A DNA stretch of 64,000 nt from Spirochaetaceae bacterium (lineage in GTDB: Bacteria; Spirochaetota; Spirochaetia; DSM-2461). This document shows, piece by piece, positions 8,511 to 18,662 of this stretch. The stretch lies in contig OZ245056.1 in the NCBI GenBank assembly GCA_965224705.1, positions 1,120,001-1,184,000 of the forward strand, written 5' to 3'. The position numbers were made by a program, and so were the translations under genes. The notes under the pieces were generated by a model. The model had not been told where the DNA came from, ran no database searches, and saw only the letters and a list, made by a program, of their open reading frames with translations. Numbering within the stretch: position 1 is the first letter of the stretch; the number at the start of each line of letters is the position of its first letter.

Positions 8511-10844
8511 ATGACACATAAGACGAAAACGTATGACGTAGTTGTCGCCGGCGGCGGCCTTGCCGGTGTGAGTGCAGCGATTGCGGCGGCACGTCTGGGA
8601 AAAAAAACTGCACTGGTCCAGGAACGGCCCGTTCTTGGAGGCAACAGCTCTTCTGAAATCAGGGTGACTCCCCATGGAGCAGCGGCATTTCACCATTACG
8701 GACGAGAAACAGGGATAATCTCAGAGTTACTTGAAGATGAGAGGCGAAGAAACCACCAGGAAATATTCGAGAACGGATGGACCAACTCTGTCTGGGATAT
8801 GGTGCAGTATGACACCTGTGTTTCCGAAGAAGATCTCGATCTCTACCTGAATACGACGGCCTATGGTGTGCAGATGTCTGATGACCAGACTATTGAATCA
8901 GTAAATGCCCGAATTCTCGGAGCGGAAACAGAACTGGAACTGAAAGCCGGTGTTTTCATTGATGCGACCGGTGATGGGATTATCGCGGACGCTGCCGGCT
9001 GCAGTTCCATGCGCGGATCGGAAAGCAAGAAACTACATGGAGAAATCCATGCACCTGATGCAGGCAGACGTGATGATGAAATGGGGAATTCACTTCACTT
9101 CCGCATCGTGGATACCGGTCATCCTGTTGATTTCATCGCCCCTGAATGGGCCGTAAAACACGATAATCCTTCCTACTTCTGGGACTCCGGAAGGAAGCTG
9201 AAAGACCTGCGCGGCGGGTTCTGGTGGATAGAGATCGCAAAGCCATGGGATACAATCGACGATGCCGAAACTATCAGGCATGAACTGACACGACACCTCC
9301 TTGGTATCTGGGACTGGATGAAAAACCATGATCCGAAAACCAGTAAAGACTGCCGGAATCTGGCTCTGGACTGGATCGGTCAGGTACCGGGTAAACGAGA
9401 GAGCCGCCGCATAGTCGGTAAATACCTGATGACGGAAAATGATATCCAGGACAAAGTTCCGTTTGATGACGAAGTAGCTTTCGGCGGCTGGTTCCTGGAT
9501 CTCCACACACCTGGAGGACTTCTTGCTGAGCACTCTGAGGAACGCAGTAAGGAATCCTACAGTCCCTATGGGCAGAAAGGAGCGGAGAGCTATGTCGGTC
9601 CCTATGCCATTCCGTATCGGGTGATGTGTCCGGAGGGTGTCGATAATCTTCTATTGGCCGGCAGGGCACTGAGCCTGACTCATGCCGCTTTCGGAACTGT
9701 CCGGGTAATGAGTACTCTGGCGCTGATGGGTCAAGCCGCCGGTACTGCCGCCGCACGGGCCCTGGACAGAAATACAGGGATCCAGGATCTTGATCTGCAG
9801 GATCTCCGATCTGTTCAGCAGCGCCTGTTGAGAGATGGTGCATTCCTGATGGGACACCCCGGTACCGATGAAAAAAATCTGGCACCAAAAGCGAAAATAT
9901 CATCAAGTTCCGAGTTCGTCCTTGCCGGAGCCGGTCCTGCTGATACCTGGGCCCATGGCGGCATCGGGTACTGGAAAGATCAGGTCGACCCCCGTATTAC
10001 CGAAAGACTTGATACTGTTCATGCCCAGCTTATTCCGATATCGGGTGAGGTTCAATCAGTGTCTCTGCTGCTCAGAAATGACAGCGAAAGTCCTGTCAGC
10101 CTTGCAGTCCGCATAAGGGAATCGGATCATATCTGGGACTACCGTGTGGAGTCCGGAGAGTTACTCACATCCGTAGAACTGGAGATTGCACCGGGAGAAG
10201 CCTGGTACTGCATTGATCTGAAAGCAGAAAACAGAGGCAGGCGGTTTATCCGGTTGGAAGCCGGTCCTTCCGATAAGGTTCTCTGGATTATGGCCGGTAC
10301 TTTTATACCGTCCTGCGTATCCTATTTCGGAATCACGGAGGAGCGTCTGCGAACCTTCATGCAGGGTGCTACTCTGAGCTTCAAAATCGATCCGCCTCAG
10401 TTTCCCTACCCTGTTGATAATGTCGTTTCCGGATGGACCAGACCCTATAGGGATACCGGATGTTGGCGCTCATCCTCCATCGGCGGTCATGGAGATGCGT
10501 GGATTCGCTTTGACTGGGAAGATCCAGTTGATCTGGAAGATATTCAGATAACCTTTCCCGGGCAGATTCTTCGGGAATACCATGCCTATCCCCCAGGTTT
10601 TAAAGATCCACAGACAGCCAGGGACTATCTTATCGAAGCAATTTACTCCGGGAGCAGCACAGAAGATTGGAAAGAAATCGTGAAAGTTGACGGTAATTAC
10701 AACCGCATCGTAAGGCACAAAGTATCATTAACGGCTCCGATAAAATCACTGCGTTTGCGTATCGCTGCTACAAATGGTGATGATATCGCTGCCGTTTATG
10801 AAGTCCGCTGCTATCCCCCTGGGTCAGGAAAATGGTGCGATTAA
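8511..10844 (+). CDS. FAD-dependent oxidoreductase (PF12831-like) with C-terminal beta-sandwich domain
   Basis: VVVAGGGLAG dinucleotide fold, LGGNSSSEIRV, FIDATGDG, PGKRESRR. Confidence 0.85.
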   Translation: MTHKTKTYDVVVAGGGLAGVSAAIAAARLGKKTALVQERPVLGGNSSSEIRVTPHGAAAFHHYGRETGIISELLEDERRRNHQEIFENGWTNSVWDMVQYDTCVSEEDLDLYLNTTAYGVQMSDDQTIESVNARILGAETELELKAGVFIDATGDGIIADAAGCSSMRGSESKKLHGEIHAPDAGRRDDEMGNSLHFRIVDTGHPVDFIAPEWAVKHDNPSYFWDSGRKLKDLRGGFWWIEIAKPWDTIDDAETIRHELTRHLLGIWDWMKNHDPKTSKDCRNLALDWIGQVPGKRESRRIVGKYLMTENDIQDKVPFDDEVAFGGWFLDLHTPGGLLAEHSEERSKESYSPYGQKGAESYVGPYAIPYRVMCPEGVDNLLLAGRALSLTHAAFGTVRVMSTLALMGQAAGTAAARALDRNTGIQDLDLQDLRSVQQRLLRDGAFLMGHPGTDEKNLAPKAKISSSSEFVLAGAGPADTWAHGGIGYWKDQVDPRITERLDTVHAQLIPISGEVQSVSLLLRNDSESPVSLAVRIRESDHIWDYRVESGELLTSVELEIAPGEAWYCIDLKAENRGRRFIRLEAGPSDKVLWIMAGTFIPSCVSYFGITEERLRTFMQGATLSFKIDPPQFPYPVDNVVSGWTRPYRDTGCWRSSSIGGHGDAWIRFDWEDPVDLEDIQITFPGQILREYHAYPPGFKDPQTARDYLIEAIYSGSSTEDWKEIVKVDGNYNRIVRHKVSLTAPIKSLRLRIAATNGDDIAAVYEVRCYPPGSGKWCD

Positions 10845-13111
10845 AGCCTGAAGTATCCAGGAATGCAGATCAGAGAACTCTGTCCGGCGATCTGGTGATC
10901 GCTGGAGGCGGGCTGGCCGGGACCTGCACTGCAATTACTGCAGCAAGGGAAGGCCTGAAAGTAATTCTCGCTCAGGACCGGTCAGTATTAGGCGGAAATT
11001 CATCCAGCGAGGTGAGATTGTGGGCACTGGGTGCCACTTCACACATGGGGAATAACAACCGCTGGGCCAGAGAGGGCGGTGTTGTTGATGAGATCATGAC
11101 GGAAAACCTCTGGCGAAATCCTGAGGGTAATCCGTTTCTCTTTGATGCGGTCCTGCTTGATAAGGTATGGGAAGAACCTCGAATAACTCTGCTCCTCGAT
11201 ACCGCAGTACACAATGTTGTTATGGACGGAAGGAAGATCAAGGGCCTGGAAGCCTACAACTCCCAGGAATCGATTGTCTATCTGATCAATGCACCGCTTT
11301 TCTGTGATGCGACGGGAGACGGAACAGTCGCCTATCAGGCGGGAGCCTCTTTCAGGATAGGAGCCGAAGAGGCAGAGGAATTCTCAGAACCCCTGGCACC
11401 GAATGAAGACTATGGGGAACTGCTGGGCAGCACAATCTACTTCTATTCAAAAGATGTCGGGAAACCTGTCAGTTTTGTACCCCCGAATTTTGCCCTGAAA
11501 GACATCTCATCGATCCCAGGGTTCAAACGTATAAAAGCTACAGAACATGGTTGTTCCTTCTGGTGGCTGGAGTACGGTGGACGCCTGGATACCATAGGTG
11601 ACACAAGTCTGATCAGGAAGGAACTTCTCAAAATTGTTTATGGTATCTGGAACTATATAAAGAATTCCGGCAACTTCCCGGAGGCTGGGAACCTGACCCT
11701 GGAGTGGGTTGGCAGCATACCTGGAAAAAGAGAGAGCAGAAGGTTTGAAGGAGACTATATGCTCTCTCAATCAGATATCGTCAGGCAGAAAACATTTGCC
11801 GATGCGGTTTCCTACGGTGGATGGGCAATAGACCTTCACCCTGCTGACGGAGTCTATTCGGATAAACCTCCCTGCAGCCAATACCACTCAAGAGGGGTTT
11901 ACCAGATTCCTTACCGCTGTCTCTACAGCCGGGATATCCCAAATTTGTTTCTTGTCGGCAGGCTGATCAGTGCATCCCATATAGCATTCGGGTCCACCAG
12001 GGTCATGATGACCGGAGCCCATAACGGACAGGCAGTCGCTGTTGCAGCTGCAATCTGCAAAGAACAATCCATGTTGCCGGAGAATCTGGCAACAAATCCG
12101 GAACTCAGAACATTGCAGAACAGATTGATTCGGAGCGGACAATTCATCCCACACCTGGAACTGACAGATTCTGAAGACCTGGCAGCCGAGGCGGCATTTG
12201 AAGTTTCCGATACTCTGGTACTCCAGGAAGTGCCGGATTCCGGTGAGACACATGCAGTCCTGGAACCGGAAGGCGTGCTGCTTCCTTTCCAAAAAGGTGA
12301 GATACCGGAGTTCCAGATTACAGTCGATGCGGAATCAGATTTGAATGTTTCAGTTCAACTTCGTCGATCCGACTATTATGGTAATTTCTCACCGGATATC
12401 GTAATCGAAGAAACTGTTATACCGGTGACCAGAGGTCTCTCACAACCGCTGAACATCGCATTCGAGACTGTTCTTGAAAACCCCGAATACCTGACAGTTG
12501 TGGTGCTTCCGGTATCAGGACTTCGTATCCACGAAAGCAGGGCAGAGCTTCCTGGAATCCTCAGGCTCAGGCATAGTTCAAACCCGAAAGTTGCGACATC
12601 ATCGAAACAGAGCCCTCCAGAAGGATCGGGGATTGATCCGATGGAATTCTGGCTGCCAGAACGCAGGCCTGGCGCATCCTTATGGGCCATGCGATTCTCC
12701 ACACCAATGAGAATATACTCGGCAGAAAGGCTGCATGGGGGATATCAGCGTCCCTTTATCGGTGCAAACTGCTGGGCAGTAGAATACCACGAGGGAAATC
12801 CGGAATATATCAAACTACGCTGGCAGCGGAAACAGAAGTTATCCCGGCTCATGCTGGCATTGGATAGCGACCATGACCACCCGATGGAATCAGTACAGCT
12901 TGGACATGGTTCCCGAGTGAGCCCCTTTCTTCCCAGAGCTCTGCTGATCAAAGATGATTGCGAAAACGTGCTTGCTTCCTTCACCGATATACACAACTCA
13001 CGGATCGATCTCAAACTGAAAAAGCCTGTTCTCACCTCTTCAATCAGCATTGAGATTCAGGAGGCCTGGGGCGAAGTGGTTTCCGTATTTCAGATTTCAG
13101 CATATCAGTGA
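10832..13111 (+). CDS. Second FAD-dependent oxidoreductase (PF12831-like), paralogue of the preceding gene
   Basis: IAGGGLAG, LGGNSSSEVRL, FCDATGDG, PGKRESRRF; overlaps the upstream gene by 13 bp. Confidence 0.85.
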   Translation: MVRLKPEVSRNADQRTLSGDLVIAGGGLAGTCTAITAAREGLKVILAQDRSVLGGNSSSEVRLWALGATSHMGNNNRWAREGGVVDEIMTENLWRNPEGNPFLFDAVLLDKVWEEPRITLLLDTAVHNVVMDGRKIKGLEAYNSQESIVYLINAPLFCDATGDGTVAYQAGASFRIGAEEAEEFSEPLAPNEDYGELLGSTIYFYSKDVGKPVSFVPPNFALKDISSIPGFKRIKATEHGCSFWWLEYGGRLDTIGDTSLIRKELLKIVYGIWNYIKNSGNFPEAGNLTLEWVGSIPGKRESRRFEGDYMLSQSDIVRQKTFADAVSYGGWAIDLHPADGVYSDKPPCSQYHSRGVYQIPYRCLYSRDIPNLFLVGRLISASHIAFGSTRVMMTGAHNGQAVAVAAAICKEQSMLPENLATNPELRTLQNRLIRSGQFIPHLELTDSEDLAAEAAFEVSDTLVLQEVPDSGETHAVLEPEGVLLPFQKGEIPEFQITVDAESDLNVSVQLRRSDYYGNFSPDIVIEETVIPVTRGLSQPLNIAFETVLENPEYLTVVVLPVSGLRIHESRAELPGILRLRHSSNPKVATSSKQSPPEGSGIDPMEFWLPERRPGASLWAMRFSTPMRIYSAERLHGGYQRPFIGANCWAVEYHEGNPEYIKLRWQRKQKLSRLMLALDSDHDHPMESVQLGHGSRVSPFLPRALLIKDDCENVLASFTDIHNSRIDLKLKKPVLTSSISIEIQEAWGEVVSVFQISAYQ

Positions 13112-13174
13112 CATGGTTGCCCAATACGGGGAACAGACTCGACATCCCGGCCAAACTTCCCCCATCATAACCCC

Positions 13175-13245
13175 ATGAGAAAAACTGAATTGATCGGTGT
13201 TTATGATAAAAGCGGAAGCGGGGATGCCCGTGAGTGAAGTCTCGG
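13175..13245 (+). pseudogene. Possible IS3-family OrfA N-terminal remnant
   Basis: MRKTELIGV then, after a frameshift, KAEAGMPVSEV. Resembles the start of IS3/IS407 OrfA, but is very short. Confidence 0.3.
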
Positions 13246-13332
13246 ACTACACGGGGACCGCTGAAAGAAGTATAGTAGCCGAAGCATCACCACTGAGATT
13301 GAAGCCTGTTTCGCCGACATCAAGGAGAACCC

Positions 13333-15006
13333 ATGAGATATCGCACACAACGCCGTTTCGGCCATGTTTTTCGAATCCTGGATATCATACGCCGTGCCGT
13401 ACTCGGTGTCGTGTTCTGGTCGCTCGTCATTGCGTTCATCATTTCTCTTCTTGCAAACAGACCGCCTCGCATGAGAACGGAGACAGTGCTGATGGTTTCA
13501 CCTGTCGGCACTCTGACAGATGACTACACGGCTCCTACGAGTTATCAAGGTCTGTCGATTGGTCAATATATGGAGGAAACCCTCCTCGATGATTTGATCA
13601 GGGCCATCGAGAGGGGGAAAGATGATGAACGCATCCTGGGAATTTGGCTCCGTTTGGATACTCTCTACTCCGCAGGACCGGCAGCAGCCGGTGAGCTGGC
13701 CGATGCGCTCATAGAATTCTCCGCATCGGGTAAGCCCATCATTGCCAGTGCGGATACCTACGATACTTCCCGGTATAGAATCGCATCGGCGGCAGACCAT
13801 ATCGTCCTTGATCGGCTGGGCGAGGTTTTTCCCTCGGGTTATGGTCTCTGGCGTGCTTATCTGGCCGAAGGAATAGAAAAAATCGGTGGAGATGTCAGAC
13901 TTTTCCGCTCCGGTGAATCCAAAAGCGCCGCTGAAAACCTCATCCTGAGCGGCATGTCCGAAGCCGCAAGACAAGATGAGGAGCGGCTCTTGGGTGACCT
14001 CTGGCGCGAATGGATCCAGGCCGTTGCCGAAAAGCGAGAAATCCAGCCGGAGACTCTTGAAGAGTGGATCGCCAACTACGATACATACCTAATCGCCGCC
14101 AACGGCAACGCCTCCGCATCGGCGAAAAACGTGTCTCTGATTGATGAAATCGAGACAGGCGGCGTGCTCCAGGAGAGACTCACCCACCTCTTCGGCGAGG
14201 ATTTTGCCACCGTTGATGCCATTGACTACATCACTCGGCTGGGGCCGGGCCGTTTACGGAAGAACCTCGTCGCCGTTGTCCCGGTGGCGGGAACCCTTGT
14301 TTATGGCGAGGGAAACTCCGGTCAGGCTGGCAGCAGCGATGTGGTTTCAGTTATTGAAACCGCCCGGTCTGCACCGGGTGTCAGAGCTATAGTACTGCGC
14401 ATCGACAGTCCGGGCGGTGATGTGAGAGCCGGAGAGGCGATACGCCGCAGTATCCTGGAGACTCGTGAGGATTACAGCCTCCCGGTCGTGGCGTCCCTGG
14501 GAAATATCGCGGCATCCGGCGGATATTGGATTGCCCTTGAAGCGGATCTCATCGTGACAAGACCGGAGACTATCACCGGTTCCATTGGTGTTTTTTCGGT
14601 TTCAATGAGCTTCCAGCGCGGACTTGCCGATTTTCTGGGAATTCGTTTCGATGGATTGGGCACGACACCCTGGTTCGGGGCGGGACATCCTGGCCGAATC
14701 CTCGATGAGAGAACGGCCTCTCTCTATGAGGCAGGAGTGGCGGACATCGATACTTTGTTCAAGAACCTCGTCTCGGAAAAACGTGGATTGACCTTTGATG
14801 AAGTTGAATCCATGGCCGGGGGAATACCCTGGTCTGGGCGCCGGGCCCTGGAACTTGGTCTGGCTGACCGTCCGGGCAGTCTCCAGGACGCACGCCGTTA
14901 CGCGGCGGAACTCGCCGGTCTGGAAGAATGGAGTTCCAGGAGTTTCACTAAAACCCGAGATCTCCGTGAAGTCCTACTCAACCGTATTCTCTGGGGAAGC
15001 CGGTAA
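13333..15006 (+). CDS. sppA: Signal peptide peptidase SppA (protease IV, S49)
   Basis: N-terminal TM helix, two S49 modules, LRIDSPGG, AASGGYW, TITGSIGV. Confidence 0.92.
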   Translation: MRYRTQRRFGHVFRILDIIRRAVLGVVFWSLVIAFIISLLANRPPRMRTETVLMVSPVGTLTDDYTAPTSYQGLSIGQYMEETLLDDLIRAIERGKDDERILGIWLRLDTLYSAGPAAAGELADALIEFSASGKPIIASADTYDTSRYRIASAADHIVLDRLGEVFPSGYGLWRAYLAEGIEKIGGDVRLFRSGESKSAAENLILSGMSEAARQDEERLLGDLWREWIQAVAEKREIQPETLEEWIANYDTYLIAANGNASASAKNVSLIDEIETGGVLQERLTHLFGEDFATVDAIDYITRLGPGRLRKNLVAVVPVAGTLVYGEGNSGQAGSSDVVSVIETARSAPGVRAIVLRIDSPGGDVRAGEAIRRSILETREDYSLPVVASLGNIAASGGYWIALEADLIVTRPETITGSIGVFSVSMSFQRGLADFLGIRFDGLGTTPWFGAGHPGRILDERTASLYEAGVADIDTLFKNLVSEKRGLTFDEVESMAGGIPWSGRRALELGLADRPGSLQDARRYAAELAGLEEWSSRSFTKTRDLREVLLNRILWGSR

Positions 15007-15233
15007 ATCGGCATCGGCATTCACCTCCATACTGTTTCAGGAGGCTCTGGCCTTAGGGCCTCCAATCGACAAATGCTGTGATGCTCTGGGGATTCAAACA
15101 AGGACACCCGCATGAAGATTCAGGTGAAGTCATAACATCAAGGGTAAATTCTAACGGAGAAGAATATCCCTGTGCAGTTTGGATGTATAAGCTGCCAATG
15201 AACGTGAGTAACACTCCTGCCATCCTGCACTCT

Positions 15234-17129
15234 TTAATATCCCACGAATAAATACTCTTTAACATTGTTGTTATTTGAACCAATTTTATGAGATTGTGTT
15301 CCAAAAGAATACCTGTAATCTATGTCAATGACTTCAACATGCTGTTTGTATTGAGACATTAATTTAACCATTTCATCAAGAGTTGGAAGTGAATTTGAAG
15401 AATAAGATACTATCTGAATAGAATCTTTGAATTTCCGAAACAATCGGTTAAAAGCGCCATAGACTCCGTTCCTGTTGGAAAAAGGAGTTGGATAGCTTTT
15501 AAATTTTTTCGTTTTTGTATGGCATTGCATATCAACACCCTGCCAGTTACAGGCAATACCTTCTACAAAGTGATAACGCCGCACATATTCATTATCTGAA
15601 TGGAGACTGCAATAAGGTGGATCCATATAAACCAGATCTGCCTCCGGCCGAATTGTCATGGCATCCCCTCGTCGGGATTTGTTTGCCTGGGCATTATCAA
15701 AAACAGCTCGATTGTAAGCCCTTATAGCATCGAAGAATTGTTCTTCAAAGGTTTTCCGCAGATCTTTTCTGCCATCATCATGCTTGTATCCAACATATGT
15801 AAAAATGCCCCTGGGACGCTTCTTAAAGCAGGCTCTTGTAAGTGCCGATATGGCTATTGCTCGTTCATAAGAATTTCTCAGGTTTGGAATATTGGCACGA
15901 ATATTATCAATCAATATGTTTTCTTCGTCTGTAAAGTATAGTCCTGCAAAAGTGTTTTGAACAAAACGATCATTTTCTACCGATGTAAGTAGAGACTCGG
16001 CTTTGTTCATTGGTAAGACTGTACTGTTATTTTCAATGAGAGCTTTTGTATAGTTTGAACAGAGAGCCATGTAATCATTGGAGACAACTTTTTTCCCTTC
16101 CGCTTTCAGCATATAGCTCACTATTCCTGAACCTGAAAACAAATCCATTGCTGTATCGTATTCAAATTGTCTGATAACATTTTGAATATGCGGGATGAGT
16201 TTTGCCTTTGACCCCATATATCGTGTAGATGGATACTTTGAAACCTGCCCATAAAGAGCTCCAGGTTCCGGACAAACATAGAAATGCCTTCCTGGAGTAA
16301 CTGTTACGATAATATCTTCACCCTTTCGCTTACTTGCTTGGCTGTTGATATTTCGCCTGGTTTGATACACATCTAACTGATAGCGACTGTAAAGATCATG
16401 CACCAGGGGATGATTCGAATTCGTAAGAACCACATGACATCCCATTTCACTCAGCCGAGCTACTTCCACGGCGAGTTCTTGATGATCTTCACTGTAAAAT
16501 TGTTCTTTTGTATAGCGTTTAAAATCACTGTATTCTGAGACGGGGAGGTAGGGAGGATCAAGGAAAATAAAATCATTTGGCTGAGCATACTTCTTAAGAA
16601 CATCTTTGTAATCTTCACAAACAATTATTTTGTTCTGTAACAATTTGGAAGCTGCATATAAGTTATTCGTATCACAAATCTTAGGATTTGCATAGGCACC
16701 ATAAGGAACATTAAATTGCCCTTTCTTATTTACCCTATACAACCCATTAAAACAAGTGCGATTTAAGTAAACTGTTCGTGCTGCAGCTTCCACTGAAGAA
16801 AGCTCAGTCCAGTCTTTTTGTCTTTCCTGATAGAATATTTCCTTTTCGTTTTTATACGTGTTGAGTACATGCACTAATGAATCGATCTCATTGGCAATAA
16901 CACTATACAGGTTGATTAATTCTGGATTGGAGTCTGCAATAACAGCCTGTTCCGGACTGAGTGCGAAAAAAAGAGCCCCTCCTCCAATAAATGGTTCTAT
17001 ATATTTGCCATAATTTTTGGGTGTTCGTGTTAAAAGATATTCCAGAATTTGAGTTTTACCTCCCGCCCATTTCAAAACTGGCCTGGGCTGTGTGAAGCAC
17101 TCTTGCCCGTGAACCAGTGTATTTGACAT
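15234..17129 (-). CDS. Fused two-domain DNA adenine methyltransferase (Dam/D12 class; FokI/AlwI-type architecture)
   Basis: Domain 1: LKWAGGK, EPFIGGG, FLDPPY. Domain 2: RYMGSK, DLFSGSG, YMDPPY. GGAGG RBS before ATG 17129. Visibly AT-rich relative to its flanks. Confidence 0.9.
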   Translation of the reverse strand: MSNTLVHGQECFTQPRPVLKWAGGKTQILEYLLTRTPKNYGKYIEPFIGGGALFFALSPEQAVIADSNPELINLYSVIANEIDSLVHVLNTYKNEKEIFYQERQKDWTELSSVEAAARTVYLNRTCFNGLYRVNKKGQFNVPYGAYANPKICDTNNLYAASKLLQNKIIVCEDYKDVLKKYAQPNDFIFLDPPYLPVSEYSDFKRYTKEQFYSEDHQELAVEVARLSEMGCHVVLTNSNHPLVHDLYSRYQLDVYQTRRNINSQASKRKGEDIIVTVTPGRHFYVCPEPGALYGQVSKYPSTRYMGSKAKLIPHIQNVIRQFEYDTAMDLFSGSGIVSYMLKAEGKKVVSNDYMALCSNYTKALIENNSTVLPMNKAESLLTSVENDRFVQNTFAGLYFTDEENILIDNIRANIPNLRNSYERAIAISALTRACFKKRPRGIFTYVGYKHDDGRKDLRKTFEEQFFDAIRAYNRAVFDNAQANKSRRGDAMTIRPEADLVYMDPPYCSLHSDNEYVRRYHFVEGIACNWQGVDMQCHTKTKKFKSYPTPFSNRNGVYGAFNRLFRKFKDSIQIVSYSSNSLPTLDEMVKLMSQYKQHVEVIDIDYRYSFGTQSHKIGSNNNNVKEYLFVGY

Positions 17130-17468
17130 TTTCCACCCCTCCTGATTTACCTCAATATATATTATCATACACATAGAATTACCACCAATTCTGTATGGTT
17201 GTTTCTATGCTTTATTTTTAGGCAGCCCAATCTCTTTAAATATCTTTCCTGCCAATTCTATTCCCTCTGTACGGTTACACAGTGTTCGAAAGCTTGTTAA
17301 TGGTATTAATGAAAGCAAAACAATTGTCCGTTACGATCAGGCATCACAGTTATTCAATCGCTTGGAATTTAAAAGTGACGGCAGTAGTAGTTTCTGGACG
17401 GGGAAAAAGGAAGTAAGATTTGAAAACCTTCAAGAAAGGTTCTTTGGGTAGTATTTTCTCATCAACTG

Positions 17469-18563
17469 TTATGCTCTTTGAGAAGACTTTCGGACAACTA
17501 ATTCGGCATCAACCAGCATCTTTCTTCCAGGATGGTCAGGATTCTGAATTCTTGTATACATTGTTTTGACAGCCAGAGTCCCAAGTGTGTCGCAGGGTTG
17601 ATGTATGCTGCTGAGAGGCACTCTCATCAACTGCGCGTATTTCAAATCATCAAACCCGACAAGCCGCAGTTGATCCGGCACGATAACACCCAGTTTCTCC
17701 AGAGAGACCAATAAATACGCAGCGGTTTCGTCACTGACACAGACGATATCTTCAGCCCCGGATTTCACCAGTTCTCCACAACGACTGACATCTTTGGTAT
17801 CGATGGAATGTTCCCACTGCGGATTCGGTGATAGACCATGTTCAAGAAGTGCCAGCCGGTAACCATGCAGCCTCAATACTGCCGTTGTGGCCGTAAATGG
17901 ACGGGCAATGAAATCAACTCGCGTGGCTCCCTGATCCAATAAGTGCTTTGTGACAAGAAAACCAGCGCGAATATTGTCAATCCCCACAAGGTCAAAACGG
18001 CTGCGTTCCGGGAAGGCAAGGTAATCGGCGTCAAGTAAAACTATCGGTATATTGTGTTCTGAGAACAGATTAATAACATCTGTATTGCAGCTCACTCTTT
18101 CCGGGTGCAGTTCCATTGGCTGCAGAAAAACTCCGTCAACCTTCAGGTCAATGAAATTTCGTGCGATTCGAAGGAGTTCTTCCCGGTTATCGCCGTGGGC
18201 CGAGGAAGCCCCCCATGACAGGGAAAAACGGTCCGAGGCTATTTTCTCGGCGATTTTGGCACAGATGGGTTCAAAGATCTCCCCCCTCCCCAGTCCGGGA
18301 ACCAGCAGTCCGAATGTTCTGGCAGAGCTTTTTTGCTCATTGCTGGCGACATAGCTGCCCGATCCAACGCGGCGGGTTATCAGCCCCTCGGCAACAAGAT
18401 CGTTGAGTGCCCTTGTCACCGTTGGACGAGAAACATCAAACTGGCTGGCAAACTCCCGTTCTGTGGGAAGTCGGCTGCCTGGCATGAATTTCTTATTCTT
18501 GATTTCATGGCGAATCAAATTGATTATTGATTCATATTTCTTTGTCCCATGCTGAGGACTCAT
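17469..18563 (-). CDS. GntR-HTH / LacI-sensor (AraR-like) transcriptional regulator
   Basis: RLPTEREFASQFDVSRPTVTRAL, RRVGSGSYV, C-terminal VGFDD...PLSSIHQP. Confidence 0.9.
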   Translation of the reverse strand: MSPQHGTKKYESIINLIRHEIKNKKFMPGSRLPTEREFASQFDVSRPTVTRALNDLVAEGLITRRVGSGSYVASNEQKSSARTFGLLVPGLGRGEIFEPICAKIAEKIASDRFSLSWGASSAHGDNREELLRIARNFIDLKVDGVFLQPMELHPERVSCNTDVINLFSEHNIPIVLLDADYLAFPERSRFDLVGIDNIRAGFLVTKHLLDQGATRVDFIARPFTATTAVLRLHGYRLALLEHGLSPNPQWEHSIDTKDVSRCGELVKSGAEDIVCVSDETAAYLLVSLEKLGVIVPDQLRLVGFDDLKYAQLMRVPLSSIHQPCDTLGTLAVKTMYTRIQNPDHPGRKMLVDAELVVRKSSQRA

Positions 18564-18662
18564 TATTTACCTCTTTTCTTGAAAAGCATTGACGGATTTA
18601 TATTTCCAATATATACATTTATATATCCAATTATAACTATTGGAAAGGATTACTACCTGTTA

